Assembly: GCA_017410445.1 (NCBI GenBank)
Contig: JAFQQU010000010.1
Location: forward strand, 1-48,220
Length of the DNA: 48,220 nucleotides
From: Clostridia bacterium
GTDB taxonomy: Bacteria > Bacillota > Clostridia > Christensenellales > Aristaeellaceae
Direction of reading: 5' to 3'
A program made the translations under genes and the position numbers. Positions 9,884 to 17,565 of the stretch are shown here, in pieces. Within the stretch, counting starts at the first letter, position 1; the number at the start of each line of letters is the position of its first letter. Under the pieces are notes generated by a model, which was not told where the DNA came from, made no database searches, and saw nothing but the letters and a program-made list of their open reading frames with translations.

Positions 9884-11274
9884 TGAAACGAATCGTCGCG
9901 CTGATCGTTATTCTTCTTAGCACTGTGCCCTGTGCCTATGCGGAGCCTCTTCATACGGTGGAGTACTATTATGAAAACTATTGCGAATCCTGCGATCCCG
10001 AAGCGGCATTTGAAGAGGAATTCAAGAGCCTGACGGGAGCTGATCTGGATGCATGTGACTTTGCGGCCTACAATACAGTGACGGAAGATGGGCAGGCGGC
10101 TTTTGCCGCTATGGCCGAAAGGTTTTCGCTGAAAAATGCCTCTGTGCCAATAGCGGTGGTGGACGGCGTTGTATATCAGGGGCAGAATGCAATGCGCAGC
10201 GAACTGGTCAGAGACGCATTTCACTGGGGAAGCGGTCTTGAATCCACAGTGGTATATCTGTATACGCCGGGATGCGAAAGCTGTGCCGCCGTTGAAAAAA
10301 TACTGAAGGATCTTCCGGAAACTGTTGAAGCACGGCGCGGGGATGTTTCTTTCATTTCAGAGGTTAATATTATCCGGCTGGATGCAACTGAGAATGCTTC
10401 GGCAGCGAACGCTCTTTTTGAAAGGTACGGCGTGGAGGATGCGCGCCGGATTACGCCGTCGGTTTTTCTGCCGGACTATGTACTGAGCGGCTCGGAACGC
10501 ATCGGCAAGTATCTGGTGAATCTGGTGTCGGGCGGACAGGCGGTGGGCGAAATATCGCTGAACGGACAGACAGAGGCTTGGTCAGGCGGCGGATGGACGC
10601 CGCTGGCGGCCGGTGTGATTGCCGGTTTTAACGGATGCGCGCTGTCTATGCTGCTGCTGTTCAGCTCGATTCTGCTCAAGAAAGGGAAGAATATGCTGCT
10701 GTATGGCGGCGCGTTTCTTGCTGCGAAGATCGCATGTTATCTTCTGATCGGCTTTGTCCTGCTTGGGGTTATGCAGAGGCTCAATCCGACCTGGCTGATT
10801 CCTGTATCCAGATGGATTCTGACGATGATCGGAGCAGGACTGGTGTTTATGAATCTGTTTGACGCTGCAGCGGCAGTACGCGGCGATCTGGGCCGGATGA
10901 AGAATCAGCTGCCCGGAAGGATGCGATCGTTTCTTCACCGTATGATCCGCGCGATTACAGAAAGGAAAGTGCTTTTTCCAGCCTGTATTCTGCTGGGATT
11001 TGCAGTGGCTGCGGGTGAATTCCTTTGTGCCGGGCAGATCTATCTGGCCAGTCTGCTGCAGAGTCTTCAGCAGCAGGATGACTGGACAAGCAGGATTTCG
11101 CTGATCTGGTACTGCATTGGTTTTGCGCTGCCGTCAGGTGTGATTATCATGATTCTTGCAAGGGGGAGTTCGGCGGAAAGCGTAGCCCGTTTTATGGCAA
11201 GGAATATTGTCCTTGTAAAGACAGCGACAGCAGCTGCGATGGGGGCGTTGATTGCGCTGGCCTGGCTTGTGTGA
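9883..11274 (+). CDS. Secreted thioredoxin-fold domains fused to a DsbD/CcdA-like multi-pass membrane domain
   Basis: Signal peptide MKRIVALIVILLSTVPCAYA. Cys pairs YCESCDP and YTPGCESCAAVEKILKDL. The C-terminal half has about 6 TM helices with conserved Cys (GFNGCALSM, GEFLCAGQ), as in the cytochrome c biogenesis/DsbD transmembrane family. Confidence 0.5.
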   Translation: MKRIVALIVILLSTVPCAYAEPLHTVEYYYENYCESCDPEAAFEEEFKSLTGADLDACDFAAYNTVTEDGQAAFAAMAERFSLKNASVPIAVVDGVVYQGQNAMRSELVRDAFHWGSGLESTVVYLYTPGCESCAAVEKILKDLPETVEARRGDVSFISEVNIIRLDATENASAANALFERYGVEDARRITPSVFLPDYVLSGSERIGKYLVNLVSGGQAVGEISLNGQTEAWSGGGWTPLAAGVIAGFNGCALSMLLLFSSILLKKGKNMLLYGGAFLAAKIACYLLIGFVLLGVMQRLNPTWLIPVSRWILTMIGAGLVFMNLFDAAAAVRGDLGRMKNQLPGRMRSFLHRMIRAITERKVLFPACILLGFAVAAGEFLCAGQIYLASLLQSLQQQDDWTSRISLIWYCIGFALPSGVIIMILARGSSAESVARFMARNIVLVKTATAAAMGALIALAWLV

Positions 11275-11350
11275 GGGAGAACTGCTGATAAGCAGGTTGT
11301 ATTTCATTGAATGGATGAAGGTGGTCAGATTGACAAAGGCAGGGTGTGAC

Positions 11351-12523
11351 ATGTCTCTTGATCAGAAAATGAGCGCGGTGCTCAGGAAGATTACAGATAG
11401 CGGCCTTGTACCCGGCAATGCCATTATGATCGGAAAAGACGGCAGGAAAATCTATGAAAAATATAATGGATACGCTGATTTGAACGGCTCTGTAAGCATC
11501 GATCCCGGAACGGTATATCGCATGTATTCCATGACGAAGGTGGTAACGGCAGTTGCTGTGCTGCAGCTGTGGGAGAAGGGCGGATTTCAAATGGATGACC
11601 CGGTCAGCGATTACATTCCGGAATATGGCAGCATGAGAGTAGTTCGGGCAGACGGCTCGGTTCATGCCGCAAAAAATAAAATGACGGTACGCCATCTTTT
11701 GACAATGACATCGGGCATCGGTTATTCCGACGATCATGGCTATTATGCGGATTTCGCAAAGAGATGGAATGAACAGATTGTTGAGGGGAAAGCATGGGAT
11801 ACCGTCCGCGCAGCCAAGGAGCTGACGAAGGTGCCGCTGCTGTTTGAACCGGGCGAGAGGTACTGTTATGGATTTTCTTATGATGTGCTGGGCGCATTGG
11901 TGGAAGTGATATCCGGCATGAATCTGAAAGACTACTGCAGGAAGTTCATCTTTGCCCCGCTGGGGATGATGGATTCAGGTTTTGAAATTGATGAGAACAA
12001 CAGGGGCAAAATGGCGGCTGCCTGCAGGAAGACGCCGGATGGATTGGCAGAATATGATGGCATCGATTGTCCTGTTATAGACGTAATGCGGTTTACAAAC
12101 CCGGTATTTTATTCCGGCGGCGCGGGCTTGGTATCTACGCTGGAGGATTATTTCACATTTACGTGGATGCTGGCGGAAGGAGGAGCACTGAATGGTGTGA
12201 GGATTCTGAACAAAAGCACTGTGGATATGATGCGCAGACCGCAGCTGACGAATTCTCAGAGGATGGCTTATAATGATCCGAAAGAGGATGCAAGCACGTT
12301 TGGCTTGGAGTATACCTATGGATTCGGAGTAAGAGTCTTATCAGATCCGCAGCCCGATACGGTTCTTTCCCCTGATGAGTGGGGATGGTCAGGCGCGCTT
12401 GGAACATGGATGGCTATTGATCCTGAAGAGCACATTTTCTTTGTTTATGCACATCAGCATAATCCGCCGCTTCATAAGACATATGTGCCGGAAATCTGGC
12501 AGGCAATCAGAGAGGCTCTCTGA
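11351..12523 (+). CDS. Serine hydrolase, beta-lactamase (class C)/esterase family
   Basis: SxxK motif in YRMYSMTKVVTAVAVLQLWEKG. Size and overall pattern match the family. The start is uncertain; ATG 11315 is an alternative. Confidence 0.7.
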   Translation: MSLDQKMSAVLRKITDSGLVPGNAIMIGKDGRKIYEKYNGYADLNGSVSIDPGTVYRMYSMTKVVTAVAVLQLWEKGGFQMDDPVSDYIPEYGSMRVVRADGSVHAAKNKMTVRHLLTMTSGIGYSDDHGYYADFAKRWNEQIVEGKAWDTVRAAKELTKVPLLFEPGERYCYGFSYDVLGALVEVISGMNLKDYCRKFIFAPLGMMDSGFEIDENNRGKMAAACRKTPDGLAEYDGIDCPVIDVMRFTNPVFYSGGAGLVSTLEDYFTFTWMLAEGGALNGVRILNKSTVDMMRRPQLTNSQRMAYNDPKEDASTFGLEYTYGFGVRVLSDPQPDTVLSPDEWGWSGALGTWMAIDPEEHIFFVYAHQHNPPLHKTYVPEIWQAIREAL

Positions 12524-12618
12524 AGGCGCTTGATGCGCCATAACGGATGCCGGAGACGTTTATTGATGCAGCAGAAAATTCAGAAGCGCTATGCGATGAG
12601 AATAAGGAGGAATGATGG

Positions 12619-12942
12619 GTGAAACGCTTTGGAGATGTGATACGTGTTCCTGCCGATAAATATGCAGAATACGTGGAGAAGCACAATAATATTTGGCCCA
12701 GCATCGTTGAAATGATGAGGGATGCCCATATTCAGAATTTCACCATCTTTCACCGGGATGGGTATCTGTTCAAATATTATGAGTATACCGGCGACGACTA
12801 CGAAGCGGACATGGCGAAGCTCAATGCCAATGAAGAGCATCAGAAATGGCTTGAGTATACCGCTGTCTGTCAGCAGCCTGTGGATTCTGCGGAGGACGGC
12901 GAATGGTGGGCGCCTATGAATGATATTTTTCATATTCTGTAA
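12619..12942 (+). CDS. rhaM: L-rhamnose mutarotase
   Basis: The 107-aa product reads ...YAEYVEKHNNIWPSIVEMMRDAHIQNFTIFHRDGYLFKYYEYTG...HQKWLEYT..., colinear with the RhaM/YiiL family. GTG start 8 nt after GGAGG. Confidence 0.8.
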   Translation: MKRFGDVIRVPADKYAEYVEKHNNIWPSIVEMMRDAHIQNFTIFHRDGYLFKYYEYTGDDYEADMAKLNANEEHQKWLEYTAVCQQPVDSAEDGEWWAPMNDIFHIL

Positions 12943-12960
12943 ACAGAGGAGGATGAGATT

Positions 12961-13650
12961 ATGAAGCGTTCGGAAATCAATGAACTCCTGCGCTGGTCCG
13001 TGGAGCTTCTGGAGCGATATCAGTTCAAGCTGCCGCGCTTTGCATACTGGTCCATGGAGGAATGGATGGAAAACAGGGACAAGATTGATACGCTGCGTAC
13101 CGTCATGCAGGGCTGGGATATCACCGACTTTGGCAGCGGCAGATTTAATGAGATCGGCGCAGTGCTGTATACTGTCCGCAACGGCAAGGAGGGACAGCCC
13201 GGTGTCGGTTCTCCCTATGCTGAAAAATATCTGCTGTTCCGGGAAGGACAGCGGCTTCCCCTCCACTATCATGTTTCCAAAACCGAGGATATCATCAATC
13301 GCGGCGGCGGCATCATGAGCATTTACCTGTATAACAGCAAGCCTGATGGCTCTGTGGATTACGAAAGCGACGTGACCTATTCCAGCGACGGAATCTTCTA
13401 TACAGTCAGGGCGGGAGAAGAAGTGCAGATTACTCCCGGAAACAGCATCCGTCTGACGCCTTATATGTATCATATCTTTGGCGCCAAGAATGGCTTCGGT
13501 CCTCTGATCGTGGGCGAGGTTTCAGCTGTCAATGACGACAACACAGATAATTATTTCGCTGAGCCTGTCTCCCGGTTTGCGGATATCGAAGAGGATGAGC
13601 CGATTCTGTATCCCCTGTGCAACGAGTATTCTGTGTTGGATAACGAGTAA
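12961..13650 (+). CDS. D-lyxose/D-mannose ketol-isomerase-type cupin
   Basis: The 229-aa product carries FKLPRFAYWSMEEW...WDITDFGSGRF...LPLHYHVSKTEDIINRGGG...TPYMYHIF, typical of the D-lyxose isomerase cupin family. GAGGAGG RBS. Confidence 0.7.
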   Translation: MKRSEINELLRWSVELLERYQFKLPRFAYWSMEEWMENRDKIDTLRTVMQGWDITDFGSGRFNEIGAVLYTVRNGKEGQPGVGSPYAEKYLLFREGQRLPLHYHVSKTEDIINRGGGIMSIYLYNSKPDGSVDYESDVTYSSDGIFYTVRAGEEVQITPGNSIRLTPYMYHIFGAKNGFGPLIVGEVSAVNDDNTDNYFAEPVSRFADIEEDEPILYPLCNEYSVLDNE

Positions 13651-13988
13651 TCCGGATACAGGCGCCGGCAGCGTATTGTATGATTGCAGATGACAATCAG
13701 GGAGGAGACGAGAAAGTCATCCGGCGCGACGGCGGAGATAGGCGAGGCAAGTGGATTATTCTTTGAAATGCAGATTGGTTTATGAGTACATTCTGAGTAC
13801 ACTTTTCCGGCGAGCGTGAACCACTCCTGCGAAAGTAGCGAAAAAGCCGCCCCAGACATCGTGAAAATCCATGAACCGCACATGGATTACGCCCCCATAC
13901 CTCGAGTGGGAATAATTCCCGCTGTCCCGATGCAGCCGCAATGATCCTCTTTGAGGTAAAAACGGTGATCATCCCTCACATAGAATCA

Positions 13989-14022
13989 AGACCTTGGAGA
14001 AGCGATTCTCCGGGGTCTTTTT
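13989..14022 (+). terminator. Rho-independent terminator located 340 nt downstream of the nearest + strand stop codon
   Basis: AGACCTTGGAGAA-gcga-TTCTCCGGGGTCT forms a 13-bp stem including 2 G.U pairs, followed by TTTTTC. Confidence 0.7.
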
Positions 14023-14293
14023 CTGTCAGAATAGAGCAAGACCCTGAAAATACAGGCTTTCAGCCCCTGAAATTGCGTTTTTTGAGGCAACCTGAACCTA
14101 GAAACAAGGCTGTATGAAACCGGGCAAGTGATCAGGAAGATTGTACCGAAAGGGATAACGGCTTTTGCACCATGACATGGAGAAATCCCGAAAAGGCGGA
14201 TCTGAAGCGCCCTCTGAAAGTTAGACAGAAGAACAGATTAAGCGGCCGATAGGGCTTGCTGCCTGTGAACAGCAGGCGGCACATTGAAATGCG

Positions 14294-14335
14294 AAAAGCC
14301 GAAAGCATCTGCGCAAAACATTGCTTTCGGCTTTT
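14294..14335. terminator. Bidirectional terminator at the 3' end of the LuxR-type gene
   Basis: AAAAGCCGAAAGCA ... TGCTTTCGGCTTTT with flanking A/T runs, immediately after the minus-strand stop at 14342. Confidence 0.75.
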
Positions 14336-14341
14336 TTACAT

Positions 14342-15448
14342 CTATGTATTCGGAGCATCCTTCAGTGCGGAGGCAATCATAACAAGCTGCTTTCGGGAGG
14401 AGACGCCCAGCTTGCTGTAGATGTTCTTATTGTGATATTTGAGCGTGTTTTCCTTGATATTCAACTCCGCCATGATTTCCTTGGTGGATTTTCCCTCGAG
14501 ATAGAATTCATAGATGATGCGCTCGGTCGGCGTCAGGCTGGCGCGCTGAGCGGCGAAGTAAGCCAATTGCTCTTCGGGCGTTCTGGCGTCCGGCTGATCC
14601 GGCTCCTGCGGTGAATCCGGCGCTGCGTCGGGCGGCGCAGCGGCTGCCGTCGCGGCGGGTTCGGTCAGATTCTGCTCCGGCGGCTGTATATTTCCGGCTT
14701 CTTCGCTCCGCTGAATCATCAGGCAGAGGAGCAGCAGGAACAGCTCGCTGATGATATACGAAATGGACAGCAGCTCAAAGTCGATGCGGACCAGCTGCTC
14801 GATGAGCCATACGCCGATGTTGACAAACACCGCCGCGCTCATGAAGACGGCGTGAATGGCGGAATCCACATTCCTGTTTGCGCAGGCATGGAAGATCACC
14901 GCCAAGGTGGCCATCAGATAGGAAAGCAGATAGAACAGATACAGGCAGTGCAGCGGGCCGTAGACCTTTTCGAGCACTGTCGATCCGTTGATGACGGACA
15001 AGGACACTTCCTTGTAGTAAATATCCAGTATGCCCGGGCTGGCGGCTATCAGGAAAACCGCCGTGCTCACGCTGATCAGCGCTCCGGGCAGGTATTTCCC
15101 GTATTTCAGCCTGCATGTGTTCAGGATGAGCATCAGCATGGACAGCGGCAGGAACACCGAGCCCAGGTAGGACAGCCTGTTTGCCCACAGCGCGGCGTCC
15201 AGCGTTTTTGACAGGGAAAGCGCAAGGTATCCCGTATTGACGACAAACACCGAGGAAAACAGAAGGACAAACCATGGGTTCTTCTTCCGGATGAGAAACC
15301 AGTATCCGGCGGCAGCTGCCAATGAGAGGGCGGCTGTTGATGCGTATACGGCTGATATGCTCGCCGCTTTGCTGCCGACGCCGCCGAAGCGGATGAGCGC
15401 GGCGCAAAGGACGATGAAAAGGAGGATGACTCCTGCATTTTTCTTCAC
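14342..15448 (-). CDS. Membrane-embedded LuxR-family one-component regulator (multi-pass N-terminal domain + C-terminal HTH)
   Basis: C-terminal LuxR/GerE HTH LTPTERIIYEFYLEGKSTKEIMAELNIKENTLKYHNKNIYSKLGVSSRKQL. About 7 hydrophobic helices lie in the first 250 aa, followed by a Pro/Ala-rich linker. It is divergent from the envelope island. Confidence 0.8.
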   Translation of the reverse strand: MKKNAGVILLFIVLCAALIRFGGVGSKAASISAVYASTAALSLAAAAGYWFLIRKKNPWFVLLFSSVFVVNTGYLALSLSKTLDAALWANRLSYLGSVFLPLSMLMLILNTCRLKYGKYLPGALISVSTAVFLIAASPGILDIYYKEVSLSVINGSTVLEKVYGPLHCLYLFYLLSYLMATLAVIFHACANRNVDSAIHAVFMSAAVFVNIGVWLIEQLVRIDFELLSISYIISELFLLLLCLMIQRSEEAGNIQPPEQNLTEPAATAAAAPPDAAPDSPQEPDQPDARTPEEQLAYFAAQRASLTPTERIIYEFYLEGKSTKEIMAELNIKENTLKYHNKNIYSKLGVSSRKQLVMIASALKDAPNT

Positions 15449-15490
15449 AACAAGACCTCTTTTGAACGCATTTTACGGCGCCCCACACTT

Positions 15491-15579
15491 TTCCCACCCT
15501 TTTGAGCGGGAAAAATTTTGTTTCCCACCCTTTCCGGATGCGGTGGGGTGGGGACATGCGCGGGAATATGCCGTATAAT
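15491..15579 (+). promoter_or_regulatory. Promoter of unit A with three copies of a CCCACCC-core motif
   Basis: TTCCCACCCTTT occurs at 15491-15502 and 15522-15533. An inverted near-copy GGGTGGGGA lies at 15546-15554 and overlaps the -35-like GGGACA (15551-15556). A 17-bp spacer precedes TATAAT at 15574-15579. Confidence 0.55.
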
Positions 15580-15687
15580 GAAGCATAATCGAAATTTATA
15601 TAGACTGAAACAGTATACCACAGGCGAAGGGAACCTTCAACGAACTTCAATTTAAGAATCTTTAGACGCAAGGAGGCGCGCTGCATC

Positions 15688-16047
15688 ATGGACGGGCATA
15701 AAACAGCAAGGTACAGAAAAATCTCCGGATATCATGGATTCAGATATCAGTTCTTCTGCGACCTGTCCGGCGCGCTGATGTGTACGACTGATTTTCAGAA
15801 GGAAGACGACCCTCTGCAGGCATGGGCTACCAAGGGCAGAAAGCTGTTCAGCCGATGTCAGAAGTGCGGCAGATGGGTTTCCGATCCGATGTACAATGCC
15901 GAGACGCTGGAATGCGTTCGGTGCTCCCCGTGGGAGGAACAGCCGGCGTTCTGCCCGCAGTGCGGCGAATCGGTACTGGAGGACAGAGCGTTCTGCCACC
16001 GCTGTCATGCGCGGCTCAAATACCGGGACAAGGAGGAATGCGGATGA
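15688..16047 (+). CDS. Small double zinc-ribbon protein (119 aa)
   Basis: Four CxxC pairs: CQKCG...CVRC and CPQCG...CHRC. An AGGAGG RBS lies upstream. The stop overlaps the next start (ATGA). Confidence 0.6.
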   Translation: MDGHKTARYRKISGYHGFRYQFFCDLSGALMCTTDFQKEDDPLQAWATKGRKLFSRCQKCGRWVSDPMYNAETLECVRCSPWEEQPAFCPQCGESVLEDRAFCHRCHARLKYRDKEECG

Positions 16048-16325
16048 AGGCCCGGACGGAATTCAGCATCAACAGCCCCGAGTATTACGGCTTCGGAATC
16101 GGGATCATGAAGCAGATCAAGGTCTGCCCGCACTGCGGCGCATCCGAGCCGTCCGAACGGTATATCTGCGGGGAGTGCGGAGCAAGACTTCCGGCGCAGA
16201 CGCTGTTTCAGCAGTATCAGCGGATGCACAGGCAGTGTCCGGTGTGCGACACGGTGCTGGCCGCGGGCATGAAGTTCTGCCCGCACTGCGGAATCAAACT
16301 GAAAAATGAGGAAAGCGGGGAATGA
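16044..16325 (+). CDS. Small double zinc-ribbon protein (93 aa)
   Basis: CPHCG...CGECG and CPVCD...CPHCG. An AAGGAGGA RBS precedes ATG 16044. ATGA overlaps occur at both ends. Confidence 0.6.
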   Translation: MKARTEFSINSPEYYGFGIGIMKQIKVCPHCGASEPSERYICGECGARLPAQTLFQQYQRMHRQCPVCDTVLAAGMKFCPHCGIKLKNEESGE

Positions 16326-17068
16326 AGATGAAAAAGAGAATTGGCGTGATTTTGGTTCTTGCATTGATTCTGGCAATGCTGGTTCCTGCCGCCGCTCATG
16401 CCGATCTGGCGTGCGGCAGCAGCGGAGAGGAGGTCCTGTCTCTTCAGACGATGCTCTATGACATGGGGTATCTCTCCGAGGAGGCGGACGGAAAGTTCGG
16501 CGCAAAGACCGAAGCGGCCGTGAAGGAGTATCAGAAATCGGCCGGACTGGAAGAAACCGGCACGGTGACGGACGAGCTGTCGGAAAAGATCTATCAGGAC
16601 TGGATCGAGTATTGGGACTGGGTTCAGGAGCAGCTGCGGCTGGACGCCGAACTGGCGGGGACCGAGAAGCATTACGCTCCGTTCTGCTATTCGTGGGAAA
16701 CCGAGGACGGCCAGACGGTCTTTGAATACTGCGAACGGCACGCGCTTCTGTGGGAGGCGACCTGCGGCATCCTCATGGGCGGCGACGCCGAATCCGCGGA
16801 GTATTCGTATCTCGAATGGCAGGCGGAGGTCATCAGCCTGTATAACGAATGGATAGCGCTGGTCAGCGAACCGGTTCAGGCGCAGCTGGAGGCCAGCAAG
16901 GCGATCGTGCTTCAGCTGTTGGACGCGCAGAGAACCGCCATGTTCGATTCCTATGACGCAGTCGGCTCGGACATCGACCCCACCGACGTCTACTACGGCG
17001 CGGAGAGCTGGATGAGAGCGCACTGCGCGTGGCTTTGCCAGATGATGAGCACGCTGAAGGCCGAATGA
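16322..17068 (+). CDS. Secreted protein with N-terminal peptidoglycan-binding (PG_binding_1) domain and Cys-containing helical C-domain
   Basis: Signal peptide MKMKKRIGVILVLALILAMLVPAAAHA. PG_binding_1 signature GEEVLSLQTMLYDMGYLSEEADGKFGAKTEAAVKEYQKSAGLEETGTV. Confidence 0.7.
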   Translation: MKMKKRIGVILVLALILAMLVPAAAHADLACGSSGEEVLSLQTMLYDMGYLSEEADGKFGAKTEAAVKEYQKSAGLEETGTVTDELSEKIYQDWIEYWDWVQEQLRLDAELAGTEKHYAPFCYSWETEDGQTVFEYCERHALLWEATCGILMGGDAESAEYSYLEWQAEVISLYNEWIALVSEPVQAQLEASKAIVLQLLDAQRTAMFDSYDAVGSDIDPTDVYYGAESWMRAHCAWLCQMMSTLKAE

Positions 17069-17547
17069 TGAGAGAAAAAATATTGGCTGGACTTGTATTG
17101 CTGGCTGTCCTGCTGACGGCTTCCGCCTGTTCAAAGCCGATCAGGACAGACGCACCCATCAGCAGCTTCTCCTTTTCGCATTCGGGCATGCATACCGGGC
17201 TGATTTATACTCTGAGCGCGGCCCGGACAGAAGTTGGCTGGCAGGCGGAGCTTTCCCTGCTGGCCGGCGAACGGGAATATTCGCTGGACATGACCTCGGA
17301 GGAGGTTGAAGCGCTGGCCTCGCTTGTTCAGAATCATGAATTGAGCCGCTGGAACGGATTTGACAGGGTTAACCGTCATGCGCTGGACGGCACCGGTTTT
17401 GACCTGAGAATCGGCTATGAGGACGGTCAGGAAGTCCGCGCGTCAGGCAGCAACGCATTCCCGGAGGGATATGCTGCGGCGCATGAGGCGATTCTGAAGT
17501 TTTTCGGAGAACTGATGGAGAAAAGCGGAATTGACAATCCGCTTTAA
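17065..17547 (+). CDS. Lipoprotein of unknown function (160 aa)
   Basis: Lipobox LLTASAC after a hydrophobic signal (MMREKILAGLVLLAVLLTASAC). ATGA overlap with the upstream gene. Confidence 0.6.
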   Translation: MMREKILAGLVLLAVLLTASACSKPIRTDAPISSFSFSHSGMHTGLIYTLSAARTEVGWQAELSLLAGEREYSLDMTSEEVEALASLVQNHELSRWNGFDRVNRHALDGTGFDLRIGYEDGQEVRASGSNAFPEGYAAAHEAILKFFGELMEKSGIDNPL

Positions 17548-17565
17548 TGGAGAGGAGTTATTTTG

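Noticed and set aside
6091-13473. Minus-strand ORFs 6091-7266, 8128-9405 and 12589-13473
   Set aside because: Each lies fully inside and antisense to a + strand gene with clear family motifs (solute-binding protein, phosphodiesterase, RhaM/isomerase). They have no RBS and biased composition.
13651-14341. A known structured RNA (RNase P, tmRNA, SRP, group II intron domain V) in the long spacer
   Set aside because: GAGAAAGTCATCCGG is only loosely like the RNase P P4 motif GAGGAAAGTCCGGGC. The partner P4 strand, the tmRNA T-arm/ACCA end, the SRP GGAA motif and the intron 5' GUGYG with domain V are all absent.
15822-16325. 167-aa version of the second Zn-ribbon ORF
   Set aside because: The upstream 74 codons overlap the first Zn-ribbon gene out of frame and have no RBS. 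ATG 16044 has an AAGGAGGA RBS and an ATGA junction.
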